Assembly (NCBI GenBank): GCA_963622135.1
Contig: CAVFGR010000002.1
Coordinates: 4,752 to 68,751 of the forward strand
Length of the DNA: 64,000 nt
Source of the DNA: a bacterium
GTDB taxonomy: Bacteria; Bacillota_I; Bacilli_A; RFN20; CAG-826
Direction of reading: 5' to 3'
Part shown: positions 46,586-56,279 of the stretch, one piece after another
Numbering within the stretch: the stretch's first letter is position 1
How the letters are laid out: every line of letters starts with the position of its first letter
The notes under the pieces: model-generated
Told to the model about the DNA's origin: nothing
Seen by the model: the letters and a program-made list of their open reading frames with translations, nothing else
Database searches by the model: none
Position numbers and translations under genes: made by a program

Positions 46586-48664
46586 ATGGCAGACATCAAA
46601 AACGAAGAACTGCTTCAAGCTGCGGCTGAGAGCGGTGTCTCCAAATTGTCATTGGAAGAAGAAGACAAATTCCAATACGAAAACCTTAAACTCGGCGGCG
46701 ATCAGAAGATCGAAAAAGCCGACGCGGAATACACCGCCGAAAACATTCAGGTCCTCGAAGGCCTCGAAGCCGTCAGAAAACGTCCTGGTATGTATATCGG
46801 CACGACCGCTGGCCCAGGCTTGCACCACCTTGTTTGGGAAATCGTTGATAACTCTATCGACGAAGCCTTGGCTGGCTACTGCACCCACATCGAGGTGTTC
46901 ATCAACCCAGACAATTCCATCACCGTTTCCGATGATGGTCGTGGCATCCCTGTCGATATCGTTAAGAAATCCGGATTATCGGGCGTAGAAACCGCTTATA
47001 CCATCCTTCACGCCGGCGGTAAGTTCGGCGAAGGCGGCGGCTATAAAGTCTCCGGCGGTTTGCATGGTGTCGGCGCCTCGGTCGTTAACGCTTTGTCCAC
47101 CAAATGCGAAGTCACCGTTAAGAAGAACGGCGGCGTTTATTTCGTCGAATTCGAAAACGGCGGACACATCAAGAATCATTTAAGAAAGATTGGCGATTGC
47201 GGCGAAGACGAACACGGAACCTCCGTTATGTTCTTGCCAGACCCAACTATCTTCACCGAGACGACCACCTATAACTTTGAAACCATCAAAAACCACCTCC
47301 GTCAGATGGCTTTCTTAAATGGCGGCGTCAAGATTTCCCTTACCGACTTACGTCCGGAAACCCCGGTTACCGAAACCTTCTTGTTCAATGGCGGTATCAG
47401 GGAATACGTAACCTTCATCAACTCCCACAAACTTCCGGTCAACTCCGAGCCAATCTATTGCTCCGGCGCGGAAGAAGTCACTTTGATGAATGGCACCAAA
47501 GAAAAGATCCATGCCGAAATCGCTTTGCAATGGACCGATAGTTATAGCACCGACGGCGTTTATAGCTTCTGCAACAACATCTCCACCAAGGAAGGCGGCA
47601 CCCACGTCGAAGGCTTCAACCTCGCGTTGAATAGAACCATCAACGACTATGCCCGCTCCTTCAAATTATTAGATGAGAAGGATTCCAACTTCTCGACCGA
47701 TGACTGCCGTGAAGGTTTGACTTGCGTTATTTCCGTCAAGCACCCAAACCCGCAGTATGAAGGTCAGACCAAAACCAAATTGGGCAACTCCGAGGTTAGA
47801 AAGATCGTTTCTACCATCGTCGGCGCTCAATTAAAGGAATATTTCCTCGAACACCCATCCGAAGCCAAAGCCATCATCGAAAAAGTCCGTGTGGCCAACA
47901 AGAGCCGTATCGCTGCGCAGGTCGCTCGTGAGAAGACCAGAAAGTCTCCTCTCGACATCACCACTCTTCCTGGTAAGTTGGCCGATTGCTCTTCCAAAGA
48001 CCCAGAGAAATGCGAGCTTTACATCGTTGAGGGTAACTCAGCCGGTGGCTCCGCTAAGAACGGCCGTGACCGTGAGACCCAAGCCATTCTTCCTCTCCGT
48101 GGCAAGATCTTGAACGTTGAGAAAGCCAGAGAAGAAAGAATTTTCAAGAACGCCGAAATCGGCAATATGATCACCGCGATTGGCGCCGGTATCAGAGATA
48201 ACTTCGATGTTAGCAAGATCCGTTATCACAAAATCGTCATCATGACCGATGCTGACGTCGACGGCGATCACATCAGAATCTTGTTGCTCACCTTCTTCTA
48301 TCGCTTCATGAGACCGTTGGTTGACCAAGGTTACATCTACATCGCTCAGCCACCTCTCTACAAGATCGAATACAAAGGCCAGCCATATTACGCCTACAAT
48401 GACGAACAGCTCGAAAGGTTGAAGAAACAATTGAACCTCAAAGCCGGATATCCGTTCCAGCGTTATAAAGGTCTTGGTGAAATGGATGCCCAGCAGCTCT
48501 GGGAAACCACCATGGATCCAAACGCCCGTAAGATGATCCGCATCACCAATGAAGATGCGGCCCAGGCCGAACAAGCCTTCACGGACTTGATGGGCGACGA
48601 AGTTGAACCACGTAAGGTCTTCATCTCCGAAAATGCCAAGTTCGTCCAGAACCTCGATATCTAA
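46586..48664 (+). CDS. gyrB: DNA gyrase subunit B (with ~40-aa N-terminal extension)
   Basis: IQVLEGLEAVRKRPGMYIG, EGNSAGGSAK, PLRGKILNVE, and DADVDGDHI. A strong GGGAGG SD lies at the listed ATG. Confidence 0.97.
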   Translation: MADIKNEELLQAAAESGVSKLSLEEEDKFQYENLKLGGDQKIEKADAEYTAENIQVLEGLEAVRKRPGMYIGTTAGPGLHHLVWEIVDNSIDEALAGYCTHIEVFINPDNSITVSDDGRGIPVDIVKKSGLSGVETAYTILHAGGKFGEGGGYKVSGGLHGVGASVVNALSTKCEVTVKKNGGVYFVEFENGGHIKNHLRKIGDCGEDEHGTSVMFLPDPTIFTETTTYNFETIKNHLRQMAFLNGGVKISLTDLRPETPVTETFLFNGGIREYVTFINSHKLPVNSEPIYCSGAEEVTLMNGTKEKIHAEIALQWTDSYSTDGVYSFCNNISTKEGGTHVEGFNLALNRTINDYARSFKLLDEKDSNFSTDDCREGLTCVISVKHPNPQYEGQTKTKLGNSEVRKIVSTIVGAQLKEYFLEHPSEAKAIIEKVRVANKSRIAAQVAREKTRKSPLDITTLPGKLADCSSKDPEKCELYIVEGNSAGGSAKNGRDRETQAILPLRGKILNVEKAREERIFKNAEIGNMITAIGAGIRDNFDVSKIRYHKIVIMTDADVDGDHIRILLLTFFYRFMRPLVDQGYIYIAQPPLYKIEYKGQPYYAYNDEQLERLKKQLNLKAGYPFQRYKGLGEMDAQQLWETTMDPNARKMIRITNEDAAQAEQAFTDLMGDEVEPRKVFISENAKFVQNLDI

Positions 48665-48679
48665 AGAAAGGAGCAGAAT

Positions 48680-51331
48680 ATGGAAAACGAAGAATTAAAA
48701 AACGAAGTGGTTTCTGAAGAAGAAACCGTTACCGATGAAGTTGACAACTCTGCTACCGCAGGTATCGTTGCCGGCTTGATCGAACGCGATGTTACCGATG
48801 AAGTTAAGACCGCGTTCTTATCCTATTCCATGTCGGTTATCGTCTCTCGTGCCATCCCAGATGTCAGAGACGGTTTGAAACCAGTCCAACGCCGTATCAT
48901 TTACGGTATGGATGAATCCGGCATGCAGCCGAATAAACCTTATAAGAAATCCGCTCGTATCGTCGGTGACGTCATGGGTAAATATCACCCACACGGCGAC
49001 TCCGCCCTTTACCTTACCTTAGTCCGTTTGGCTCAACCATTCTCCCTCCGTTATACCTTAGTTGACGGCCATGGTAACTTCGGCTCTATCGACGGCGATG
49101 AACCAGCCGCTATGCGTTACACCGAAGCGAGAATGAATAAGCTTGCCGTCGAAATGGTTCGCGATATCGATCAGAATGCGGTCGATTTCGTCGATAACTA
49201 CGATGGCACCGAGAAAGAACCTGCGGTCTTGCCTTGCAGATTCCCTAACTTAATCGTTAACGGCTCCGAGGGTATCGCGGTCGGTATGGCCACCAACATG
49301 GCTCCGCATAACCTCACCGAAACCATCAACGCCACCATCGCTTTGGCCAAGAATCCGGATTTGACCCCGGCTGAAATCATGGCCAATTACTTATCCGGCC
49401 CAGACTTCCCTACCGGCGGCACCATCCTTGGCCGCAAAGGCATTTTGGATGCCTACACCACTGGCACCGGCACCATCACCATCCGTTCCAAATACCATAT
49501 CGAAGATATGGAAAACGGCAAATCCAGAATCATCGTTACCGAGATCCCGTATCAGGTCAACAAAGCCTCGATGATCGAAAACATCGCTCAGCTTGTCCGT
49601 GATAAGGAAATCGAAGGCATCACCGATATTCGTGATGAATCCAACAAAGAAGGCATTCGCGTCGTCATCGAAATCAGACGTGATTGCATCCCTGAAGTCG
49701 TTGCCAACAACTTGCTTAAGAGAACCCAACTTCAAATCAACTTCGGCGTTATCAACCTTTGTTTGGTTGACGGTGCGCCAAAGATTTTGAACATCTGCGA
49801 ATTAATCAAAAACTACATTGATTTCCAAGTCACCGTTTTAACCCGCAGAACCAACTTCCGCTTAAAGAGAGACGCCGATAGAGACCATATCGTCGTTGGC
49901 TTAATCGAATGCCACGACCATATCGACGAAGTCATCAACATCATCCGTTCTTCCAAGAACGATGAAGAGTCCACCGCTAAATTATCCGAAAGATTCGGTT
50001 TTACCGAACCACAGGTTCAGGCCATCTTGGCGATGACCTTGCGTCGTTTGCAAGGTTTAGAGCAAGACAAACTCAACGCCGAGCACAACACCTTGACCGC
50101 CAACATCGCTGAATACAATAGATTGCTCTCCTCCAGAGACAATATCATCGATTTGATGATCAGCGAATTAAACGAAATCAAAGATCGCTTTGGCGATAAG
50201 CGTTTGACTGACATTTCCGATGCCGAAGCCACCATCGACACCGAAGATCTCTTGCCACAAGAGAATATCTTGGTTGTCCTTACCAAAAACGGCTATATCA
50301 AACGTATGTCTGACGATACCTTCCGCACCCAGAACAGAGGCGGTCGTGGCGTCAAAGGCGTCACCACCAATAACAACGACACCGTTCGTTTGTTGGTTCA
50401 CACCAAGACCCACACCGATATCTTGTTCTTCTCTAGCTACGGCACCGTCTATCGTATGAGAGGCTACCAAATCCCAGATGCCTCCAGAGATAGCAAAGGC
50501 ATCCCAGCCATCAACCTCTTGAACCTCGATCAGGACGAAAAGGTTGTCGCCATCTTAGCTTGCGATGATTACAAAGATGAGGATTACCTCTTCTTCGCTA
50601 CCGTCAACGGCGTCGTTAAGAGAACTTCCTTAAAGGAATTCATGTCCATTCACTCCAACGGCAAACGCGCCATCTCGTTAAGAGAAGGCGATCAATTGTT
50701 GGATGTTAAGAGAACCGATGGTTCTATGATCATCTCCCTCGCCTCTTCCAACGGCAAGGTTTGCTCCTTCTACGAAAACGAAGTTCGTGCGATGGGAAGA
50801 GATGCGGCCGGTGTTCGCGGTATGAACCTCGAAGATGGCTCCCACCTCGTTGATATCACCACCTCTGGTGAAGGCAAGATTGTCTTAGCTTTGTCTGATA
50901 AAGGCTTCGGTAAGATGTCTTATGGTGCCGACACCGATGTCGAATTGCCGGATGGAACCACCCGCCACTACGATGGCTACCGCCTCACTTCGAGAGGTAC
51001 TAAGGGCGTTATCTCCCTTAAGACCGTCAACAAAGGCGGCGAATTGTGCGCGATGCGTGCCGTCAATGGCGATGAGGATTTAATCGTCATCACCAACAAA
51101 GGCATCATCATCCGCATGCCGATCTCTCAGATCAAGATCGCCGCGAGAAACACCCAAGGCGTTAAGATCATCAACCTCGAAGGCAATCAGAAGGTTGCCG
51201 CCGTCACCGTCGTTCCACACGAAGATGAAAGCGAAGAACCAACCGAAGTCATCGAAGATGAAGTCAATCCGAATTTGGTCGCGCCAGAGGAGACCTCTGA
51301 AGAAGTCGTCACCCCTGATATGGTCGACTAA
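48680..51331 (+). CDS. gyrA: DNA gyrase subunit A (acidic N- and C-terminal extensions)
   Basis: [24 protein letters not shown], active-site region [10 protein letters not shown], and a beta-pinwheel CTD. AAAGGAG Shine-Dalgarno. Confidence 0.97.
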   Translation: MENEELKNEVVSEEETVTDEVDNSATAGIVAGLIERDVTDEVKTAFLSYSMSVIVSRAIPDVRDGLKPVQRRIIYGMDESGMQPNKPYKKSARIVGDVMGKYHPHGDSALYLTLVRLAQPFSLRYTLVDGHGNFGSIDGDEPAAMRYTEARMNKLAVEMVRDIDQNAVDFVDNYDGTEKEPAVLPCRFPNLIVNGSEGIAVGMATNMAPHNLTETINATIALAKNPDLTPAEIMANYLSGPDFPTGGTILGRKGILDAYTTGTGTITIRSKYHIEDMENGKSRIIVTEIPYQVNKASMIENIAQLVRDKEIEGITDIRDESNKEGIRVVIEIRRDCIPEVVANNLLKRTQLQINFGVINLCLVDGAPKILNICELIKNYIDFQVTVLTRRTNFRLKRDADRDHIVVGLIECHDHIDEVINIIRSSKNDEESTAKLSERFGFTEPQVQAILAMTLRRLQGLEQDKLNAEHNTLTANIAEYNRLLSSRDNIIDLMISELNEIKDRFGDKRLTDISDAEATIDTEDLLPQENILVVLTKNGYIKRMSDDTFRTQNRGGRGVKGVTTNNNDTVRLLVHTKTHTDILFFSSYGTVYRMRGYQIPDASRDSKGIPAINLLNLDQDEKVVAILACDDYKDEDYLFFATVNGVVKRTSLKEFMSIHSNGKRAISLREGDQLLDVKRTDGSMIISLASSNGKVCSFYENEVRAMGRDAAGVRGMNLEDGSHLVDITTSGEGKIVLALSDKGFGKMSYGADTDVELPDGTTRHYDGYRLTSRGTKGVISLKTVNKGGELCAMRAVNGDEDLIVITNKGIIIRMPISQIKIAARNTQGVKIINLEGNQKVAAVTVVPHEDESEEPTEVIEDEVNPNLVAPEETSEEVVTPDMVD

Positions 51332-51357
51332 TCACCTTTCTAAATAAGGAGATACAT

Positions 51358-52644
51358 ATGATTGATGCGAAATTAATTGAAGAAAAGCCGGAATACGTTA
51401 AGGAATCCTTAGCCAAGAAGAATTACGAATTCGATCCAGCTCCATTGCTTAGCTTATTTAAGAAAAGACGCGAGCTCCTACAGGTTGTCGAAGGCTCCAA
51501 AGCCGAACAGAACAAACTGACCGCAACCGTCCCTCAGCTTAAAAAAGAAGGCAAAGACGTCAAAGAAGTCTTCGCCAAAGTCAAAGAGTTGGCCGCTTCT
51601 TCCAAAGCCGCCGAAGCCGAACTTGCCGAAGTTGAGAAAGACATCTTCAACAAGATTGCCGTCCTTCCAAATATGCCGGACGACGATTTGGTTGGCGGTG
51701 GTAAAGAAAATAACCACCCAATCTATCATTTCGGCGAAGAACCGAAGTTTGAAGGCTTTAAGCCAAAAGATCACGTCGAATTGGCGGAATCCCTCGGCTT
51801 AATCGATTATAAGAGAGCCGCGAAGATCTCTGGTTCCGGAACTTGGATTTACACCGGTTTAGGCGCTCGTCTCGAATGGGCTTTGCTTAATTACTTCATC
51901 AACACCCATCTTGCCGACGGATACACCATGATCCTTCCTCCACACCTTCTTAACGAACAATCTGGTTTCACCGCCGGTCAGTTCCCGAAGTTCAAAGAGG
52001 ATGTCTTCTGGTTAGATGGAACATCTCCAAACAAGTTCCTTCTTCCAACCGCCGAAACCGCGTTGGTCAACTTGCATAGAGACGAAATCCTTTCCTTGGA
52101 TGAACTTCCGAAGAAATACTTCGCCTACACCCCTTGCTATCGCAGGGAAGCTGGCTCTTACCGCACCGAAGAACGCGGCATGATTCGTGGCTATCAGTTC
52201 GACAAAGTCGAAATGGTCCAATACACGACCGCCGACGGCTCTGACGCCGCCTTCGAAGAATTGGTCAACAAAGCCAAGAAATTGGTCGAAGGTTTGGGTC
52301 TTTGCTATCAAGTCGATAAATTGGCGGCGGGCGACTGCTCCGATTCTATGGCCAGAACCTATGACATCGAAGTCTTCATCCCGTCTATGGGCATCTATAA
52401 GGAAGCCTCTTCCGTTTCCAACGCCAGAGACTACCAAGCCAGACGTGGCATGATCCGTTACCGTGACGAAAATGGCAAAGTCCGTTATTGCCACACCCTT
52501 AATGGATCGGGTTTAGCCACTTCTCGTTTGGTTCCAGCCATCCTTGAACAATTCCAACAAGCCGATGGCTCAGTCCTTGTTCCTGAAGTCCTTCAGCCGT
52601 ATATGGGCGGGATCAAGGTCTTAAAACCTATCGAGAAAAAGTAA
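51358..52644 (+). CDS. serS: Seryl-tRNA synthetase
   Basis: Coiled-coil N-terminal arm and class II motifs (..YRREAGS.., GSGLATSR). AAGGAG Shine-Dalgarno. It lies only 26 nt after gyrA, leaving no room for a T-box. Confidence 0.96.
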   Translation: MIDAKLIEEKPEYVKESLAKKNYEFDPAPLLSLFKKRRELLQVVEGSKAEQNKLTATVPQLKKEGKDVKEVFAKVKELAASSKAAEAELAEVEKDIFNKIAVLPNMPDDDLVGGGKENNHPIYHFGEEPKFEGFKPKDHVELAESLGLIDYKRAAKISGSGTWIYTGLGARLEWALLNYFINTHLADGYTMILPPHLLNEQSGFTAGQFPKFKEDVFWLDGTSPNKFLLPTAETALVNLHRDEILSLDELPKKYFAYTPCYRREAGSYRTEERGMIRGYQFDKVEMVQYTTADGSDAAFEELVNKAKKLVEGLGLCYQVDKLAAGDCSDSMARTYDIEVFIPSMGIYKEASSVSNARDYQARRGMIRYRDENGKVRYCHTLNGSGLATSRLVPAILEQFQQADGSVLVPEVLQPYMGGIKVLKPIEKK

Positions 52645-52653
52645 AAAACATCA

Positions 52654-52659
52654 TATAAT
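52654..52659 (+). promoter_or_regulatory. -10 box TATAAT for the SRP RNA gene
   Basis: TATAAT lies 6 nt upstream of the first paired nucleotide of the predicted RNA. Confidence 0.5.
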
Positions 52660-52665
52660 GATAAT

Positions 52666-52747
52666 GCCATCGCGAGGAGAGCGATCGGAACCAGGTCAGG
52701 TCGGGAACGAAGCAGCCTTAACGAACAATCTCCTGTGCGGTGGTTTT
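52666..52747 (+). ncRNA. ffs: Small (4.5S-type) signal recognition particle RNA
   Basis: The motif AACCAGGTCAGGTCGGGAACGAAGCAGCC matches the SRP helix 8 core of E. coli 4.5S (CCAGGUCAGGUCCGGAAGGAAGCAGCC), including the GGAA tetraloop. The 5' CCATCGC..GGAGA pairs with the 3' TCTCC..GCGGTGG. A T-rich tail follows. Confidence 0.85.
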
Positions 52748-52752
52748 ATTTT

Positions 52753-52761
52753 TGCTAAAAT
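52753..52761 (+). promoter_or_regulatory. Extended -10 TGCTAAAAT placed 6 nt from the tadA ATG (candidate leaderless promoter)
   Basis: The sequence reads ttTGCTAAAATaaatctATG. No SD. Confidence 0.5.
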
Positions 52762-52767
52762 AAATCT

Positions 52768-53220
52768 ATGACTGACGAACAATGGATGAAAATTGCCTTG
52801 GAAGAGGCAAGCCTCGCTTACTCTTCAAACGAAGTTCCTGTGGGGGCTATCGTTGTTTTGGACGGTCAAATTATCGGCAGAGGCCACAATCAACGCGAGG
52901 CCATGTTGGATATTAGCTCACACGCCGAAATCGAAGCATTGAAAGACGCTGCGAAAAACATTGGCTCATGGAATCTCAAAGGATCTACCTTATATGTCAC
53001 GGTAGAACCGTGTATGATGTGTTCGGGAGCAATTCTTCAAGCCGGAATCTCTCGTGTTGTCTATGGCGCAGACGATCAAACAATCGGCGCGGTTCGCTCA
53101 CATATCGGAGCCTTTGACGACCCGTCGTTTCCAAACAGGCCTTTGGTGACGAGGGGCGTTCTGGAAGACGAATGCAGAACCTTGATGGAAGAATTCTTCA
53201 AAAATCTCCGCCAGAAATAG
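52768..53220 (+). CDS. tadA: tRNA adenosine(34) deaminase
   Basis: CDA zinc motifs HAEIEAL and PCMMCSGA. Confidence 0.95.
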   Translation: MTDEQWMKIALEEASLAYSSNEVPVGAIVVLDGQIIGRGHNQREAMLDISSHAEIEALKDAAKNIGSWNLKGSTLYVTVEPCMMCSGAILQAGISRVVYGADDQTIGAVRSHIGAFDDPSFPNRPLVTRGVLEDECRTLMEEFFKNLRQK

Positions 53221-53238
53221 ATTATAAATTGACGAATA

Positions 53239-53262
53239 AGCGTGCGAAATGCACGCTTTTTA
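53239..53262 (+). terminator. Rho-independent terminator after tadA
   Basis: AGCGTGC-gaaat-GCACGCT followed by TTTTT. Confidence 0.75.
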
Positions 53263-53320
53263 AACGCTTATTTGCGTTTAATCACGCACGAAAAATGAAT
53301 GCGACACTGTCTAAAAAGCG

Positions 53321-53326
53321 TATAGT
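53321..53326 (+). promoter_or_regulatory. -10 box TATAGT placed 6 nt from the ABC transporter ATG (candidate leaderless promoter)
   Basis: The sequence reads gcgTATAGTtaaagcATG. No SD. Confidence 0.4.
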
Positions 53327-53332
53327 TAAAGC

Positions 53333-56278
53333 ATGTTAGAGCTTCTTGATATACACAAGGATTATCTTGTAGATAAAAAACCAATCCCTGCCTTAAAAGG
53401 AATTTCCCTATCTTTTGGCGATACTGGCTTTGTCTCGATTTTGGGGCATTCAGGCTGCGGCAAGACCACTTTGCTTAACATCATCGGAGGTCTTGACCAT
53501 TACACCTCGGGAGATTTGCTAATCGATAACAAGAGCACTAAATCTTTCTCTGATAGGGACTGGGATGCCTACCGAAATGTTCGTATTGGTTTTGTTTTCC
53601 AGTCTTATAACCTCATTTCCCATCAAACAATTCTTTCTAACGTTGAGACTCCGTTGATTTTGAATGGGGCTAAGAAGGCCGAACGCAAAGAAAAGGCTTT
53701 GGCGGCGTTGAAGGCCGTCGGTCTTGAGGCGGAAGCCAAGAAGAAACCAAACCAATTATCCGGCGGGCAGATGCAAAGGGTTGCCATCGCGAGAGCGTTG
53801 GTGAACGACCCTAAAATCATCTTGGCCGATGAGCCTACGGGCGCCTTGGATTCGAATACCTCCGTTCAGGTGATGGACATTCTAAAAGAAGTCTCCAAAG
53901 AAAAGCTTATTATCATGGTTACCCATAACCGTGAATTGGCCGAGCGTTATTCTGATCGAATCATCGAAATGAAGGATGGCGTCATCGTCGGCGACAGTGC
54001 CCCTGTCAAACTCCAATCCGCCGAGACAAACGAGAAAGAGAAGAATAAGAAAACCTCAATGTCGTTCTTGACGGCGTTTAAGTCCTCCCTTTCGAACATC
54101 CGCACAAAAAAGACCAGAACTATCCTTACGGCGGTGGCCTCTTCGATTGGTTTGATCGGTGTGGCTTTGGTTTTATCCATCACCAATGGCTTCACGAAAT
54201 ATGTCGGCAACGTCGAGAAGTCGGTGGCTTCCTCCGTTCCTATTTCAATCGTTCCTGTTACCTATAACTACAGCAGCCTCAACAAAGTTGAAGGGGAAAT
54301 GTTCCCGGATGAACAGGTTGTTAAGGTCAATGACACGACTTCTTCAATCGTTTCGGTCCACCAAAACAAGTTCACCCAGGAATATTACGAATATCTCAAC
54401 GCCTTGACGACCGATTCCGAGAAATCCAAATGGGTTGATTCGATTCTTTATAACCGTCTAAACCAAGATTTCCATTTGCTTACGCGGTGCGGCGACTACA
54501 TCATGCAGCCGAGTACCTACCAATCAGCGGGTTCGATGGGCGGGGCATTAAGCAATGTCACCGGCCTTCCGGCTTATGTTTTCCACGAGCTTTATGTCGG
54601 GGATGAGAATCTGACCGAATGGTATGACTGCATTGCCGGGAAATACCCAACCGCCAAGGATGAAATCGTTTTAATCGTTGATAAGCAGAACCGCGTCGAT
54701 AAATCGACTTTAAGCGCCTTAGGATTCTTTGATCCTGATCAAACGATTACCGATAAGGAAATATCGTTTGATGACATTTTAAAGAAAACCTATAAGGTTT
54801 ACCGACAGGTTGATTGGTATCGAAACGATGAATACAAATCATTCACCAAGAAAGTTTGGGAAGTTGATAGATTCAACGACGAAACATTCCAACTTGAAGC
54901 CCACGAATCGACGCAGGAAGTCCATTATTTCCAAAGAACCCATAATTTCGCTCAAGTTTATGGGCACGACGAATTGTATAACCCTCTCGAATTGAAGATC
55001 GTCGGCATCATTCGTCCATCGAAGGACACTTACATTAATTTGATGCCGGCTTCGTTAGGTTATACGACCGCTTTGAAAGAATACATGATTGCCGATGGAA
55101 CGGACGATTCCGATCCAGCGACCAGACAAGCGAACATAGAATTGGACGCCAAAATCAAAGAGGCCGCCGCTACCAACGTATATCTTCCTAAACCGGACGA
55201 ATATGACGAGGATGCCGATGGCTTGGCTACTTTGAATTCCTACTTCTCTGAAATCAATGTCAAAAACAAAGGCGAATCCCATACCATGCAGGAAATCCTT
55301 CAGATGCTCAAAGATGGGAAATCATCTGAATTAGATGACACCGACACGGCGAAAATCGCCACTGCCTATTCCAATTTCAGCACGGCGCTGAATTCGGCTC
55401 TTGGCTATAGCGCCTATTACGCCGAAAGTAACAAAACAAAGCCCGCTTCCATCAGTAGGACCAACTTTCTTAAGAATGCCCAAAAAGTCGGAGCGGATTT
55501 AAAGGAGCAAGACGTTTCTTTGAACATGACTAGCGCCGGCATCATGGCGATGTTCCTTAAATGGGGAGGCGTCGATGGTCTTTTAACCGACGGGGTCAAA
55601 TCTTTCTTCAACACGATGGACGACATAAATAGAACCGAGACATCCGCCATCGATTACATCGCGGTTACCAACTCTTTTTCGATTGTTACCTCGATTCTTA
55701 TCTTCCCTTCTTCTTTGACGGTCAAAGACAAACTGATTGAGTATTTGGACGCCTATAACTATTACGAATACAAAAAGGAGAACGGCTTAAGGCCAGACGA
55801 AGAGCAAATAATCTATACGGACGTTATGTCGACCTTTACCGAGACGGTCGGCGTTCTCGTGAACGTCATTTCGCTTGTTTTGATAGTGTTTGCCTCCATA
55901 TCCTTGGTGGTCAGCTCAATCATGACCGGCATTATCACTTACGTCTCGGTCGTTGAAAGAACAAAAGAAATCGGCGTGTTGCGTGCTTGCGGCGCGAGAA
56001 AGAAAGATGTCGGCCGCTTATTTGAGGCCGAATGCGTTGTCATTGGCGGACTTGCGGGCATCATCGGTGTCGTTTTCACCGCGATTGCCGACATCCCTAT
56101 CAATTACATCGTGGATAAGCTTTATCCGGGAAACAATCTGAACACGATTGCCAGATTGAATCCTTGGCACGCCGTCGTTTTGATTCTCTTGGCCATCTTG
56201 TTGGCGTTCATTTCCGGGCTTATCCCTGCTAGGGTTGCCTCCAACAAAGATCCGGTCATCGCTTTAAGGAGCGAATAA
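53333..56278 (+). CDS. Fused MacB/FtsX-type ABC transporter (ATPase plus permease with ~550-aa extracytoplasmic domain)
   Basis: Walker A GHSGCGKTT, signature LSGGQMQR, and Walker B ILADEPTGALD. There is one TM at about residue 270, a large hydrophilic domain, and a C-terminal FtsX-like 3-TM bundle. Confidence 0.85.
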   Translation: MLELLDIHKDYLVDKKPIPALKGISLSFGDTGFVSILGHSGCGKTTLLNIIGGLDHYTSGDLLIDNKSTKSFSDRDWDAYRNVRIGFVFQSYNLISHQTILSNVETPLILNGAKKAERKEKALAALKAVGLEAEAKKKPNQLSGGQMQRVAIARALVNDPKIILADEPTGALDSNTSVQVMDILKEVSKEKLIIMVTHNRELAERYSDRIIEMKDGVIVGDSAPVKLQSAETNEKEKNKKTSMSFLTAFKSSLSNIRTKKTRTILTAVASSIGLIGVALVLSITNGFTKYVGNVEKSVASSVPISIVPVTYNYSSLNKVEGEMFPDEQVVKVNDTTSSIVSVHQNKFTQEYYEYLNALTTDSEKSKWVDSILYNRLNQDFHLLTRCGDYIMQPSTYQSAGSMGGALSNVTGLPAYVFHELYVGDENLTEWYDCIAGKYPTAKDEIVLIVDKQNRVDKSTLSALGFFDPDQTITDKEISFDDILKKTYKVYRQVDWYRNDEYKSFTKKVWEVDRFNDETFQLEAHESTQEVHYFQRTHNFAQVYGHDELYNPLELKIVGIIRPSKDTYINLMPASLGYTTALKEYMIADGTDDSDPATRQANIELDAKIKEAAATNVYLPKPDEYDEDADGLATLNSYFSEINVKNKGESHTMQEILQMLKDGKSSELDDTDTAKIATAYSNFSTALNSALGYSAYYAESNKTKPASISRTNFLKNAQKVGADLKEQDVSLNMTSAGIMAMFLKWGGVDGLLTDGVKSFFNTMDDINRTETSAIDYIAVTNSFSIVTSILIFPSSLTVKDKLIEYLDAYNYYEYKKENGLRPDEEQIIYTDVMSTFTETVGVLVNVISLVLIVFASISLVVSSIMTGIITYVSVVERTKEIGVLRACGARKKDVGRLFEAECVVIGGLAGIIGVVFTAIADIPINYIVDKLYPGNNLNTIARLNPWHAVVLILLAILLAFISGLIPARVASNKDPVIALRSE

Positions 56279-56279
56279 A

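Noticed and set aside
51332-51357. T-box riboswitch leader expected upstream of serS
   Set aside because: Only 26 nt separate gyrA and serS, and most of that is the SD. There is no room for a T-box of about 200 nt.
53295-53339. 14-codon mini-ORF (MNATLSKKRIVKAC) upstream of the ABC transporter as a possible leader peptide
   Set aside because: It has no SD, overlaps the candidate -10 box, and has no associated attenuator structure. It is most likely fortuitous.
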